Source: Escherichia phage FL38
Reading direction: 5' to 3' (one strand)
Length of the DNA stretch: 64,000 bases
Sequence record: PP400784
A program made the translations under genes and the position numbers. The notes under the pieces are model-generated. The model worked only from the letters and a program-made list of their open reading frames with translations, searched no databases and was not told where the DNA came from. Numbering within the stretch: position 1 is the stretch's first letter; each line of letters opens with the position of its first letter. This document shows positions 44,173-52,793 of this stretch, in pieces.

Positions 44173-44419
44173 ATTGGCGCATAGACGCGCCTGAATCGCA
44201 TTTTGACGCTGTATGATGAAAACAGGTAGCGTACCAGTCATCGGCTTGTTTGTCTTCGTCAGAAAACGCGTAATTGCGTTGTATGCCGTTTTCTACTTTG
44301 ACCAGTGCAATAGCTGTTTCTGGAAGATCAATCAATCGGACAAAATCGCCATCTTCCCATTCTACACGAGCAATATCATAACCCATCTCAAAATAAACAA
44401 TCACTTGCTCTAATCTCAT
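44171..44419 (-). CDS. Hypothetical protein (82 aa)
   Basis: ORF in the region where T4 carries asiA/arn/motA; no similarity recognised. Confidence 0.45.
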   Translation of the reverse strand: MRLEQVIVYFEMGYDIARVEWEDGDFVRLIDLPETAIALVKVENGIQRNYAFSDEDKQADDWYATCFHHTASKCDSGASMRQ

Positions 44420-44763
44420 TCTGGAAACTTCCCGTAAACATTCTCTGCCAACTTACGTGCATCGCTAATAATATCTTTCATGTGATGGTCGTATTGCTTT
44501 GCCATAATAAGAATACAATCAATGAAGAATGAATAACGTCTAGAATTTACTAAAAAGTTTTTACCTAGTGAATCAAACGGATCTGGATCATCAAGTTCGA
44601 TAGATTCTCTAACTTTAGACAATTCTTTCATTACAAGGTTTACATCGTTTATAATATCTTTTGATTTATATGCGCCTTTCTTTAACAATATGGCGGTCAA
44701 TTCTGACGCAGTTTCTTGAAATTCTTTCTGATAAGCTGAGTTTACATCATCGATATTAAACAT
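44416..44763 (-). CDS. Hypothetical protein (115 aa), tandem paralog
   Basis: N-terminus MFNIDDVNSAYQKEF resembles neighbour MFNFDQYESWKATEL. Confidence 0.5.
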   Translation of the reverse strand: MFNIDDVNSAYQKEFQETASELTAILLKKGAYKSKDIINDVNLVMKELSKVRESIELDDPDPFDSLGKNFLVNSRRYSFFIDCILIMAKQYDHHMKDIISDARKLAENVYGKFPE

Positions 44764-44772
44764 AATCGCCTC

Positions 44773-45105
44773 TCAAATATTGCCGTAAATGTTTTCAGTC
44801 ATGGTTCTTGCTTCTTCCAGCATTTTGGTCATGCTCATGGTGTAGTTGTTATCTCGTACAGACTTAATAACGACAAGCAAGGAATCTAGGAAAACTTTAT
44901 ATACTCTCCATTTTACGCTATTGTTGAATAGTTTTATATCTTCTACTTTATCGATCAGATAACCTAAAACAGATAGCGCCTCGTTCACTTCTTCCGTTAC
45001 TTTACTGCCACTAAACCAGATGGGGTAAAGCTGGATTGACAGCGACCGTGCTGCCTCTTTCAGTTCGGTCGCCTTCCATGATTCATATTGATCAAAGTTA
45101 AACAT
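44773..45105 (-). CDS. Hypothetical protein (110 aa), tandem paralog
   Basis: Paralogous to 44416..44763. Confidence 0.5.
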   Translation of the reverse strand: MFNFDQYESWKATELKEAARSLSIQLYPIWFSGSKVTEEVNEALSVLGYLIDKVEDIKLFNNSVKWRVYKVFLDSLLVVIKSVRDNNYTMSMTKMLEEARTMTENIYGNI

Positions 45106-45117
45106 TATAGAATACCA

Positions 45118-45450
45118 TTACAGATGAAAACCTGTTACGATCACCGCATCGATCATACCGCTAGGAATAAACGGTTCGCCCTCTTTTATTTCAACTTTGA
45201 ATTGATGCCATTTCGCTAATACTTCTTCCGGTACACCCAGCGATTTGGCGTCTGCTTTAGTTTCATCCATAATCCAACTAGGCTGCATGAGAGCATAGTT
45301 TACATAGTCCATTTCTGGGGTCATGTCATCAATGTTAATATATTTGCAGTTGACGCGTTTCAGAATTTCAAATTCTTTATTGTCAACCTGTACCATGTAT
45401 AATTCAGTAGTTTCTGGAATCAGTTCCCACACAACCAGTACATTTTTCAT
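45118..45450 (-). CDS. Hypothetical protein (110 aa)
   Basis: ORF in early small-gene block. Confidence 0.45.
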   Translation of the reverse strand: MKNVLVVWELIPETTELYMVQVDNKEFEILKRVNCKYINIDDMTPEMDYVNYALMQPSWIMDETKADAKSLGVPEEVLAKWHQFKVEIKEGEPFIPSGMIDAVIVTGFHL

Positions 45451-45458
45451 AGTTCACC

Positions 45459-45827
45459 TCACTTAACAAAGATTTTCTTTAATGCTTTCAGGATCGTTGC
45501 TTCCGGTGCTTCTTCCGGTGGAGGAAGCAATTCTACCACTTCCTCTTCCAACTCGATATAGTCTACCAGATATTCTACATAGAATGCAAGTGCTTCCATG
45601 AAATTAGATGCTACATCCGATTCACCACAAGCGCCTACATGCATTGTATAAACATCACTGCGATCAAGTTTGTGGATGCTTCCCAGATAGTTTCGGTTAT
45701 ACCAGACTTCCCACACTTTCAGCTTTCCGGTTTTGGTTGCTGTTTTATAATCGGTTTCGTAATGATGCAATTGACGTTGCAGATCATTGATAATAACACA
45801 TTTTTCGTAATTGTTTTGAATTTCCAT
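45459..45827 (-). CDS. Hypothetical protein (122 aa)
   Basis: ORF in early small-gene block. Confidence 0.45.
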   Translation of the reverse strand: MEIQNNYEKCVIINDLQRQLHHYETDYKTATKTGKLKVWEVWYNRNYLGSIHKLDRSDVYTMHVGACGESDVASNFMEALAFYVEYLVDYIELEEEVVELLPPPEEAPEATILKALKKIFVK

Positions 45828-45837
45828 GATGTAATCC

Positions 45838-46029
45838 TCACTTATCGTTAAGAAGTTCTAAAACTTTCTGTCGTACTTTGTCAATATTAGTTGATTCAAA
45901 AACTGTACGGTATCCCCAGCTTTGACCGTATGAGCGCGAGCAATCCCCATATCCCCATTGTTCAACCTGATAGTATTCAAGGAATGGGTGCTGCCGAACT
46001 ATGATACCATCGCGATTAAAAATTACCAT
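45838..46029 (-). CDS. Hypothetical protein (63 aa)
   Basis: ORF in early small-gene block. Confidence 0.4.
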   Translation of the reverse strand: MVIFNRDGIIVRQHPFLEYYQVEQWGYGDCSRSYGQSWGYRTVFESTNIDKVRQKVLELLNDK

Positions 46030-46052
46030 AATATAATCCTCACGTCAAAAAC

Positions 46053-46340
46053 TTATTTTCGGTTGTGGTCACGATATGTTTTAAAATATCCCTCGTACCA
46101 CGGTAAAATATCTGGATTTTTACCACTATACAGACATTTAACCATCATGTCAATAAGGCCATCTGGTGTTTGATAGTTTCCAGCTTTTATAAGCTCTTTG
46201 ATTAAAATCTCTCTGTATATGTCTTTCGGATCTTCGTAATCAACTTGTATTGTGGTTGTGGTCTCATTCAATTTGGTTTCTGGAGTATCTCGCATTGCAT
46301 CCCACCAATCTTTTGTGACCTTCATGTTATTGAATTGCAT
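46053..46340 (-). CDS. Hypothetical protein (95 aa)
   Basis: ORF in early small-gene block. Confidence 0.45.
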   Translation of the reverse strand: MQFNNMKVTKDWWDAMRDTPETKLNETTTTIQVDYEDPKDIYREILIKELIKAGNYQTPDGLIDMMVKCLYSGKNPDILPWYEGYFKTYRDHNRK

Positions 46341-46351
46341 AATTTAACCTC

Positions 46352-47110
46352 TTACTTGCAAACGTATTGATCTACATCAATTGCGCCACCGAATGTAGGG
46401 TGACGTTTTTCAAATCGAATAGTTCCGTCGTTTGGTTCGAAAACGGAGTATTCATATAGATCTTTCTTGCCAACATTCTTATAAAACCCGCCTTTAGTCA
46501 TAACGGTTTCTTGTACGTTTGCTTTGTGTACGTTGTATTCGTCAATGTATACAAAATCAACCATCTTCCCATTTTTAATGGTTACTTTAAGATCTCCTGG
46601 CTGGTTTCCATATTTTGCATACAGTGGAGCTTCTTTAATTTTGGTGGAAATTCCATCTTTAATACTCCACTCATAACGAACGGTGCATTGATAGGTAAAA
46701 GTTTCGACCTTCGGTTCTTCCACCATTTTTTCTTCCTGTTTCGGTTGTTCTTCTTCAACCTTCGCAGAAGTCTCTGAATCGCTTTCTGACGCGGTTTCTT
46801 CTTTAGGTAATACATTCATCAAGTTTTGGATTTGAGCGTTGTATACAGCCTCCAGTGGCTGAATCTGCCCGATATTGATCATTGTATCACGAACAGTTTT
46901 ATTCCAGTTGAGTTGCTCTTGTTTAAGAGACGGATCAATCTTAACAGCCTTAACATATACTTCATGAAGTTTCGAATCCAGTGCGGAGATTGACTCATTA
47001 GCACAAATAAACTTCTCTGATTTGGTAGTGGCTTTAGCGCAATCAAAGGACGCAGCATTAGCACCGAAAGCAGTAGCGGAAAGAACGATAGCAGCGATAA
47101 TGTTTTTCAT
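46352..47110 (-). CDS. Secreted protein with LprI-like (DUF1311-type) N-terminal domain (252 aa)
   Basis: Signal peptide MKNIIAAIVLSATAFGANA; then C...E.IC...L..LD..L..Y pattern; acidic linker; C-terminal beta-rich domain. Confidence 0.5.
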   Translation of the reverse strand: MKNIIAAIVLSATAFGANAASFDCAKATTKSEKFICANESISALDSKLHEVYVKAVKIDPSLKQEQLNWNKTVRDTMINIGQIQPLEAVYNAQIQNLMNVLPKEETASESDSETSAKVEEEQPKQEEKMVEEPKVETFTYQCTVRYEWSIKDGISTKIKEAPLYAKYGNQPGDLKVTIKNGKMVDFVYIDEYNVHKANVQETVMTKGGFYKNVGKKDLYEYSVFEPNDGTIRFEKRHPTFGGAIDVDQYVCK

Positions 47111-47144
47111 AATATATTCCTCAATGTTTTGTCTTGATGGGAGT

Positions 47145-47173
47145 ATCTTACTACTCCCTTAATCCGGTGTCAA
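47145..47173 (-). promoter_or_regulatory. Early promoter cassette
   Basis: TTGACA-17 bp-TAAGAT. Confidence 0.6.
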
Positions 47174-47179
47174 CTATTT

Positions 47180-47335
47180 TTAAATTTCTTCTACAGTAAA
47201 GTCTTCAATGTTATTGTGCTCGGAGAACGTTGCCAGACCAGCATTCCATGCATCATCCTCAGAGAAGAATACACCGTAACGTTCATATCCTTTAGCGCCT
47301 TCAAATTTAACCATTAATTTGTGAGTATGTTTCAT
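47180..47335 (-). CDS. Hypothetical small protein (about 51 aa)
   Basis: Start trimmed to MKHTHKLMVKF with SD AGGAGAATCA; ORF-track start lies in the promoter -35. Confidence 0.45.
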   Translation of the reverse strand: MKHTHKLMVKFEGAKGYERYGVFFSEDDAWNAGLATFSEHNNIEDFTVEEI

Positions 47336-47366
47336 TTTGATTCTCCTTCGTTGTCTTGATGAGTTC

Positions 47367-47395
47367 ATTGTAGGGGATCGGCGATCCCCTGTCAA
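47367..47395 (-). promoter_or_regulatory. Early promoter cassette with palindromic spacer
   Basis: TTGACA-GGGGATCGCCGATCCCC-TACAAT. Confidence 0.65.
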
Positions 47396-47405
47396 CAACT
47401 ATTTT

Positions 47406-47618
47406 TTAATTTTTACCCGCTCGTGCATTAATACGCATTTTCTGAATAGCCATGATCTGGCTTACTGCTTCTTCTTTACGTTCTTGCGTGATAACGTGAC
47501 CAGATTCCGCAAACTCTCCCGCAACTTCTTCTACGATCTCGCGAACTTGAGAACGTCCAAAGATGCGGTTTCCTTCGTAGCTCATAAACTCGGTTACTAC
47601 TTGCTCGATAGATTTCAT
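47406..47618 (-). CDS. Hypothetical protein (70 aa)
   Basis: ORF with SD AGGAGAATCA after promoter cassette. Confidence 0.5.
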   Translation of the reverse strand: MKSIEQVVTEFMSYEGNRIFGRSQVREIVEEVAGEFAESGHVITQERKEEAVSQIMAIQKMRINARAGKN

Positions 47619-47648
47619 GTGATTCTCCTTTCGTTTCGGTGTGGGAGT

Positions 47649-47677
47649 ATGTTAATACTCCCATTTCTTTACGTCAA
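47649..47677 (-). promoter_or_regulatory. Early promoter cassette
   Basis: TTGACG-17 bp-TAACAT within GGGAGTATTAACATACTCCC inverted repeat. Confidence 0.55.
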
Positions 47678-47684
47678 CCAGTTT

Positions 47685-47927
47685 TTAGAAATTTTTCGCT
47701 TCTTCTTCGGTCATCATCACCGCGCATTCGTGCATAACTTTGAAAACCGGATCAATCATATCGAATGCTTCGCGGGACAGTTTACGAGAAGCGATTTTGA
47801 TTGCTTCTACGTCTTCTACTACAGGAACAAAAACAGTTTTCAGTTCATCGAGAACGGCAGCTTCTTTTTCATTCAGGAAGATACCAGCGTCATACAGTGC
47901 AACTTCGATAACATTAACTTTAACCAT
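47685..47927 (-). CDS. Hypothetical protein (80 aa)
   Basis: ORF with SD GGAGGAAT after promoter cassette. Confidence 0.5.
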   Translation of the reverse strand: MVKVNVIEVALYDAGIFLNEKEAAVLDELKTVFVPVVEDVEAIKIASRKLSREAFDMIDPVFKVMHECAVMMTEEEAKNF

Positions 47928-47960
47928 TTTAATTCCTCCAGTTCGTTTAGGTATGGGAGT

Positions 47961-47989
47961 ATAATACTACCGATGACCTTTGGCGTCAA
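47961..47989 (-). promoter_or_regulatory. Early promoter cassette
   Basis: TTGACG-17 bp-TATTAT; overlaps the 3' end of upstream ORF 47967..48191. Confidence 0.55.
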
Positions 47990-48191
47990 CTGCTTTTTTA
48001 TTATTTTCGTGAAAATTTTTCGTCGCCTCATGTGCTTTTCGCTGGGCTTCTTGTTGTGCTTGCTGGCGTGCTGCCTCTTGTGAAGCCATAACGGAAGCAT
48101 TTGCAGCAGTTACAGCCGCTACCATCGCTGCGGTATTAGCATTTACAGTACATGCACTAGCCAGCAAAGCAATTGCAATCATTTTCTTCAT
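47967..48191 (-). CDS. Small secreted protein (74 aa)
   Basis: Signal peptide MKKMIAIALLASACTVNA; Q/A-rich helical region; C-terminus encoded across downstream promoter. Confidence 0.5.
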   Translation of the reverse strand: MKKMIAIALLASACTVNANTAAMVAAVTAANASVMASQEAARQQAQQEAQRKAHEATKNFHENNKKAVDAKGHR

Positions 48192-48358
48192 AGTTTCCCC
48201 TTTAGGTTATCTTCGACCTTCACCCATTCCGCGTATTCTTGCGCGGCTACTTTCGGATTTAGTCCGTCTTCGTACATTGCTTCAAGTAATGCTTCGTCGG
48301 TGGGCTTATACCCTAGATAAGCCTCCACCTGATTTTTCCAAATTTTATACCAGTTCAT
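48188..48358 (-). CDS. Hypothetical small protein (about 56 aa)
   Basis: Start trimmed to MNWYKIW, 4 nt after upstream stop. Confidence 0.4.
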   Translation of the reverse strand: MNWYKIWKNQVEAYLGYKPTDEALLEAMYEDGLNPKVAAQEYAEWVKVEDNLKGKL

Positions 48359-48362
48359 ATTA

Positions 48363-48635
48363 TCACCAGTCAAGAGCGCGTGTCTCTGCGTCTTCCCATG
48401 CTTGATCCATAACAGCCTTGAAAACATATTCTAAAGTATCATCTTTAGAGAATCCGAAGACCTTAGACGGAATATCTTCAATTGCTACTCCCGCGACTTC
48501 TGCATTACGCGCTTGGCAATAATGCAACTCTAAGTTATCGAGATAGCGACCGCCTAATTTCTCCATATCATCCCAGCATTTCCAGTAACCTACTTTATTT
48601 GCAATCGCTAACACCTTGCTGTTTTCGTTGTTCAT
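48363..48635 (-). CDS. Hypothetical protein (about 90 aa)
   Basis: Start trimmed to MNNENSKVL with SD AAGGAGAATCA; ORF-track start lies in the promoter -35. Confidence 0.5.
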   Translation of the reverse strand: MNNENSKVLAIANKVGYWKCWDDMEKLGGRYLDNLELHYCQARNAEVAGVAIEDIPSKVFGFSKDDTLEYVFKAVMDQAWEDAETRALDW

Positions 48636-48666
48636 CTTTGATTCTCCTTTTGTTTGGTATGTGTGT

Positions 48667-48695
48667 ATTATGCAATGATGGATTTGTGAAGTCAA
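48667..48695 (-). promoter_or_regulatory. Early promoter cassette
   Basis: TTGACT-17 bp-CATAAT. Confidence 0.6.
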
Positions 48696-48707
48696 CAACT
48701 TTTTAAA

Positions 48708-48737
48708 ATAAAAAAGCCGACCACACGGATCGGCTTA
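48708..48737 (-). terminator. Rho-independent terminator
   Basis: GCCGA-ccacacgga-TCGGC hairpin followed by U6AU4 on minus strand. Confidence 0.7.
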
Positions 48738-48745
48738 ATAATCAG

Positions 48746-49141
48746 TTACTTACTAAATTTCTTTTTGGCTTCGTCTACCGCATGAGATGCCAGTACCGCA
48801 GCCGCATGTGCACTTTTATCTGTGTTGCAGAGAACGCCCAGATAAACATCACGCCAAAGTTTAATCATCTCGTAGATCATATCAATATCATTTTCTTGTT
48901 TGTTGGCGATGCTATTCGTCGTTATCTGGTAAGATAACGGCTTGATCTGTACTGGTTCCGCCATCGGGCTAATCGGTTTCGGATCAGTCATAATAGGTGC
49001 TGTTGTGGGTGGTGTTTTCCATACGTCATTATTCCACGGTTTAATCGTTGTATCGTAAAGTTTATAAGGATTTTTGTCTGGATTAACCATCCAGGCATGA
49101 TGAGTACCCAAACCATTTGAAGTGATGCGTCGTTCAGTCAT
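48746..49141 (-). CDS. Hypothetical protein (131 aa)
   Basis: ORF upstream of terminator; no similarity recognised. Confidence 0.45.
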   Translation of the reverse strand: MTERRITSNGLGTHHAWMVNPDKNPYKLYDTTIKPWNNDVWKTPPTTAPIMTDPKPISPMAEPVQIKPLSYQITTNSIANKQENDIDMIYEMIKLWRDVYLGVLCNTDKSAHAAAVLASHAVDEAKKKFSK

Positions 49142-49343
49142 ACTTTCCCTCCAAAAATTCTTTCATCAAATAGTCTATCGTTGCTCTGTGTTCTGGTGTG
49201 TTTGTTATCTCTGCTAACTTATTCAGAGATTCAATAGTGATCCGGTTGGATTCTTCCAGTGTTTCAACGACAATTGGAACAATCTTTTTATTGTTGTACA
49301 CAAATGCAATATAACCGCCTTCTGGATATTCTTTCATAATCAA
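49134..49343 (-). CDS. Hypothetical protein (69 aa)
   Basis: ORF immediately downstream of gene 52, overlapping both neighbours by a few nt. Confidence 0.45.
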   Translation of the reverse strand: MIMKEYPEGGYIAFVYNNKKIVPIVVETLEESNRITIESLNKLAEITNTPEHRATIDYLMKEFLEGKYD

Positions 49344-50701
49344 CCCTTCTTAAGTTCTTTAAGATCTTTCTTATATTCCTTCATTGCGGTCGTCTTTGTC
49401 CAATACTCATATTCACTATGATGTTTATCGGCATCTTTGACCAGTCGATCATACTCTTCTTGAGTAACGCTATACAATGGCATAGAAACTAGCTTATCGG
49501 CGTATGGACGCAGTTTTTCATGTCCATTGATGGATTGCATTACCTCGGCCTTTTTCTTGCCCTGTAGCTCGATTTCGCCCTTAATTACGCGGTCGATAAA
49601 TTCAGCTTTAGCCATTGCATAATTGTATGCTTCCAGTGTTTCCGCTTGCATCAATTCAATGCGTTTATCGACATACCCTAATCGGATTTCGACGAATCGA
49701 CGGATCAGATCGCTCGCTTTCTCGAATACTTCTACTAAACCACGTTCATTAACCACTACGATATTCTGGGCTACTAACTGTGTTAGTTTAAAATCCTTCA
49801 TGATTTGCTCATGTCGAGCGGATTCATCTTCGCTTTTGAAATAATCGCGTTTCAGTGTTACTTCAAATCTGAATCCATCCTTAGAGCAACGGTCATTATA
49901 TGAGACAATCAGATCTTTTTCTTCCAGTGCATCCAGTACCGCTACATATTCTTCACGGTCGAACTTATAAGGAACTTCTGATATTGTCAGTTTAGTCTTG
50001 CCGTTTAGTTCATATGTACCCTCAAGAATCACACCATCGCGATCATCTCGCGGGATAACTTTACCCGTGAATTTCGGGAATTGAACATTAGGTTCTTTAT
50101 CCAGTTTTCCGGCAAGTGCTAGCTCTGTGCATTCAATGAGGCTTTCCAGTGAATGCGGTAAAATGTCAGTTTTATACCCTGAAGCAATACCACTAATACC
50201 ATTAGCCAATACCATTGGCACAACTGGCAAGTAGAACGCTGGCGGGATGTGTTCCAGATCTTCGTGCTTAGGTGCGCAATTCATATCTTTATAGATTTTA
50301 AAGAAGTTTTCATGCACACGAGCAAAGATATAACGTGCCGCTCCTGCTTTCTGGACTAAACGCGATCCGAAGTTACCTTGACCGTCAAGCAGTGGAGTAT
50401 TATTGCTCCATGTATTCGCCATGAGTGATCCGGCTTCTACGGCATTAGTTTCGCCGTGGTGATACCCCAACTCAGCGACACCAGATCCAATATCTGCCAT
50501 CTTACGGAATTTCTTACGGTCGCCTTTACTCTTTTGCAAAGCACATTCCATAACAAAGCGTTGCACTGGTTTAAGCCCATCCACTAATTGAGGAATCCCG
50601 CGTTCCTCGGCAGAATAGATCGCATATTCCTTAGCTTCATTATGTACAATGCTTTCAAGGCTGCGGTAAGTAACTGATTTATTCATCTTCACCTCATACA
50701 C
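49340..50701 (-). CDS. 52: DNA topoisomerase II medium subunit gp52
   Basis: 453 aa; LKPVQRFVM, LGYHHGE, LMANTWSNNTPLLDGQGNFGSR, HIPPAFYLP parallel T4 gp52. Confidence 0.93.
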   Translation of the reverse strand: MYEVKMNKSVTYRSLESIVHNEAKEYAIYSAEERGIPQLVDGLKPVQRFVMECALQKSKGDRKKFRKMADIGSGVAELGYHHGETNAVEAGSLMANTWSNNTPLLDGQGNFGSRLVQKAGAARYIFARVHENFFKIYKDMNCAPKHEDLEHIPPAFYLPVVPMVLANGISGIASGYKTDILPHSLESLIECTELALAGKLDKEPNVQFPKFTGKVIPRDDRDGVILEGTYELNGKTKLTISEVPYKFDREEYVAVLDALEEKDLIVSYNDRCSKDGFRFEVTLKRDYFKSEDESARHEQIMKDFKLTQLVAQNIVVVNERGLVEVFEKASDLIRRFVEIRLGYVDKRIELMQAETLEAYNYAMAKAEFIDRVIKGEIELQGKKKAEVMQSINGHEKLRPYADKLVSMPLYSVTQEEYDRLVKDADKHHSEYEYWTKTTAMKEYKKDLKELKKG

Positions 50702-51056
50702 GCTTACAAATCACATTCTTTACTTTATCAGATTTATCAGCCCAATCCAATAGCCATTTTAACGGAAGGATTGACACAATAAACGGGGCAGCAATCAAAG
50801 CAAACATGATACACCTGATAATCAGGAAAACGCAAGTGACAAAACTAGCGATAGTGATCCCGACAAAACAAAATACCATAGAAAACAGAGTAATGATATA
50901 TAAAGGCCAGAATACCCACTCCCGCATCTTAACGCCTTTGTATTCTCTGAATTGCTTAAAATCTACAAACAACTCTCGGATAGACGCGTACAGGACCGAA
51001 AAATCATCTTTCATTGCTCTGAATGAGCAATCTTCTATTTTAGAATGACCTAGCAT
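50694..51056 (-). CDS. Predicted multi-pass membrane protein (120 aa)
   Basis: Hydrophobic stretches WVFWPLYIITLFSMVFCFVGITIASFVTCVFLII and ALIAAPFIVSILPL. Confidence 0.5.
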   Translation of the reverse strand: MLGHSKIEDCSFRAMKDDFSVLYASIRELFVDFKQFREYKGVKMREWVFWPLYIITLFSMVFCFVGITIASFVTCVFLIIRCIMFALIAAPFIVSILPLKWLLDWADKSDKVKNVICKRV

Positions 51057-51058
51057 TA

Positions 51059-51352
51059 TTAACCGCCTTTAACCATTGATACAGGAATTGTTTTCTGATT
51101 TGTGTATAAGTGGCCTACTTCAATTTTTTCTTGAATCACCACGACGTTACAATATCCACTGTCTTTAAGTTTTCTGATAATGACTCGCTTTTGTTCGTCG
51201 GTGATAGGATTGACTGTTCTCACCAATTCACCGCAAATAATAGCACCATCTTTACAATTACCAGTAACTTTCATGCTACGACCGTGAACAACAACCACGT
51301 CACCGTAAATCACATTTTCGTCGTCGTATTTGGTAATAACCGTGACCGTCAT
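51059..51352 (-). CDS. Hypothetical protein (97 aa)
   Basis: ORF between rIIB and gene 52. Confidence 0.45.
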   Translation of the reverse strand: MTVTVITKYDDENVIYGDVVVVHGRSMKVTGNCKDGAIICGELVRTVNPITDEQKRVIIRKLKDSGYCNVVVIQEKIEVGHLYTNQKTIPVSMVKGG

Positions 51353-51397
51353 AATGTATTCCCTCTAAGAAAGGCCGCGCAAAGCGGCCTATGTTGA

Positions 51398-51724
51398 TTA
51401 TTGTTCTACAGTATAACCGTTGTTTTCAAGCCATGCAATAACAATCTTTTCGCCAATTTCATCGAGCATTTCATCAGCGCCATATTCTTTAATGAAAGTC
51501 GATGGATCATTATTGCTTACTACGTGCTGGATCACAACATGTTCAGGAATTGCGTCTAGTAGTTCGCTATGATCATACTCATTAACGATATCTTCAACAC
51601 TAACATTATTAACCAAATCAACATCATCCATAGTCACAGTAACGCGACCGGACGGACGCAATGAATATTGGCTACTTTCAACTTCAACATGTGCACTTTC
51701 GCAAGTAACTTTCATATCAACCAT
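51398..51724 (-). CDS. Highly acidic small protein (108 aa)
   Basis: D/E-rich throughout (EVESSQYS ... DDVDLVNN ... EDIVNEYDHSELLD ... DEMLDEIGE). Confidence 0.5.
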   Translation of the reverse strand: MVDMKVTCESAHVEVESSQYSLRPSGRVTVTMDDVDLVNNVSVEDIVNEYDHSELLDAIPEHVVIQHVVSNNDPSTFIKEYGADEMLDEIGEKIVIAWLENNGYTVEQ

Positions 51725-51738
51725 AATTAATTCCTCTG

Positions 51739-52740
51739 TTAGTAATGGCTAAAACCTTCGGTTACATCTTCAACCACATAGTAACGATGACAGCGCATTT
51801 TGGCATTCGCATAATCTTTCGGGATACTTACAACGTGACGCGGATCAACTTTACATTTAATGATTCGGCCTCGTCCACCGCCATAGTGCGGAATATAGTG
51901 TTTAGCTGCAACGTGGAGGCCATTAGAGCAAGTGCGATCATCATCTGGGTCCACGTCTTTACGCTTCATTTTAACCGTGCGACCTGGGCTATTATCAAAC
52001 GTATGCGTAAAGAAATCTTTATAATCAACATCAACACGTTTCCATGCATAGAAACAACCATCTTCCACGATCTCAATGTCGTTGTGCTCTAAGAAGTCAA
52101 ATAGACGATCTACGGCCTTACGGCTAGGGTTTTTCTTGCACTTCTCAAAGAAGTTCAGATAGTGCGTATATGGCTTATTCTCTTTAATCGACTCCACAAC
52201 TCGACGAGTCAGATTATTATCAAGAACAATATTATGATAATACACAATACCATTTTCGATACGGAAAGCGCCGTGATAATATACTTCAACCGCTTTCTTA
52301 ATGTCAATCAGCGTAATAGCTTTGATGAAATCATTATGTTTAATCGCTTCCAGTGCTTCATTAAAGTTAACATGCGATGGATCAGCAGTATAAACAATGT
52401 CACCACATGTAATAGTAATAAACTTAGTTGAGGCTATTGCTACGATTTTTGAGGAAGTAGTCACGGGCTTTTTTGCGCGTTCACCGCCTTTTCCTTTACT
52501 GGTTTTACGGCGTGCTTTACGTTTTTCTAGTGCCTTGCGACCTTCCGCTACTGCGTCTTTCTGAATCAGTAATACACGGGAGGCAGTACGACGAGATACC
52601 CCAAATGCTGACGCAAGTGCTTCGCGGGTAGTAAACTTACCTTCGCCCCACTGTTTAGCCAGTTTGATTTGTTTCGCAGAATCCAGGCATTGAACGTTAC
52701 GGTCAGAGCCGGTGATTTTTGCTTTAGTCATAGTATTCAT
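51739..52740 (-). CDS. rIIB: rIIB protein
   Basis: 333 aa; N-terminal HTH-like REALASAFGVSRRTASRVL; conserved C-terminal region; T4 position next to rIIA. Confidence 0.7.
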   Translation of the reverse strand: MNTMTKAKITGSDRNVQCLDSAKQIKLAKQWGEGKFTTREALASAFGVSRRTASRVLLIQKDAVAEGRKALEKRKARRKTSKGKGGERAKKPVTTSSKIVAIASTKFITITCGDIVYTADPSHVNFNEALEAIKHNDFIKAITLIDIKKAVEVYYHGAFRIENGIVYYHNIVLDNNLTRRVVESIKENKPYTHYLNFFEKCKKNPSRKAVDRLFDFLEHNDIEIVEDGCFYAWKRVDVDYKDFFTHTFDNSPGRTVKMKRKDVDPDDDRTCSNGLHVAAKHYIPHYGGGRGRIIKCKVDPRHVVSIPKDYANAKMRCHRYYVVEDVTEGFSHY

Positions 52741-52793
52741 TCCTCTATTAGTTGGGCGACTCTCGCCGCCCGATTCACATCATTATACCAGAA

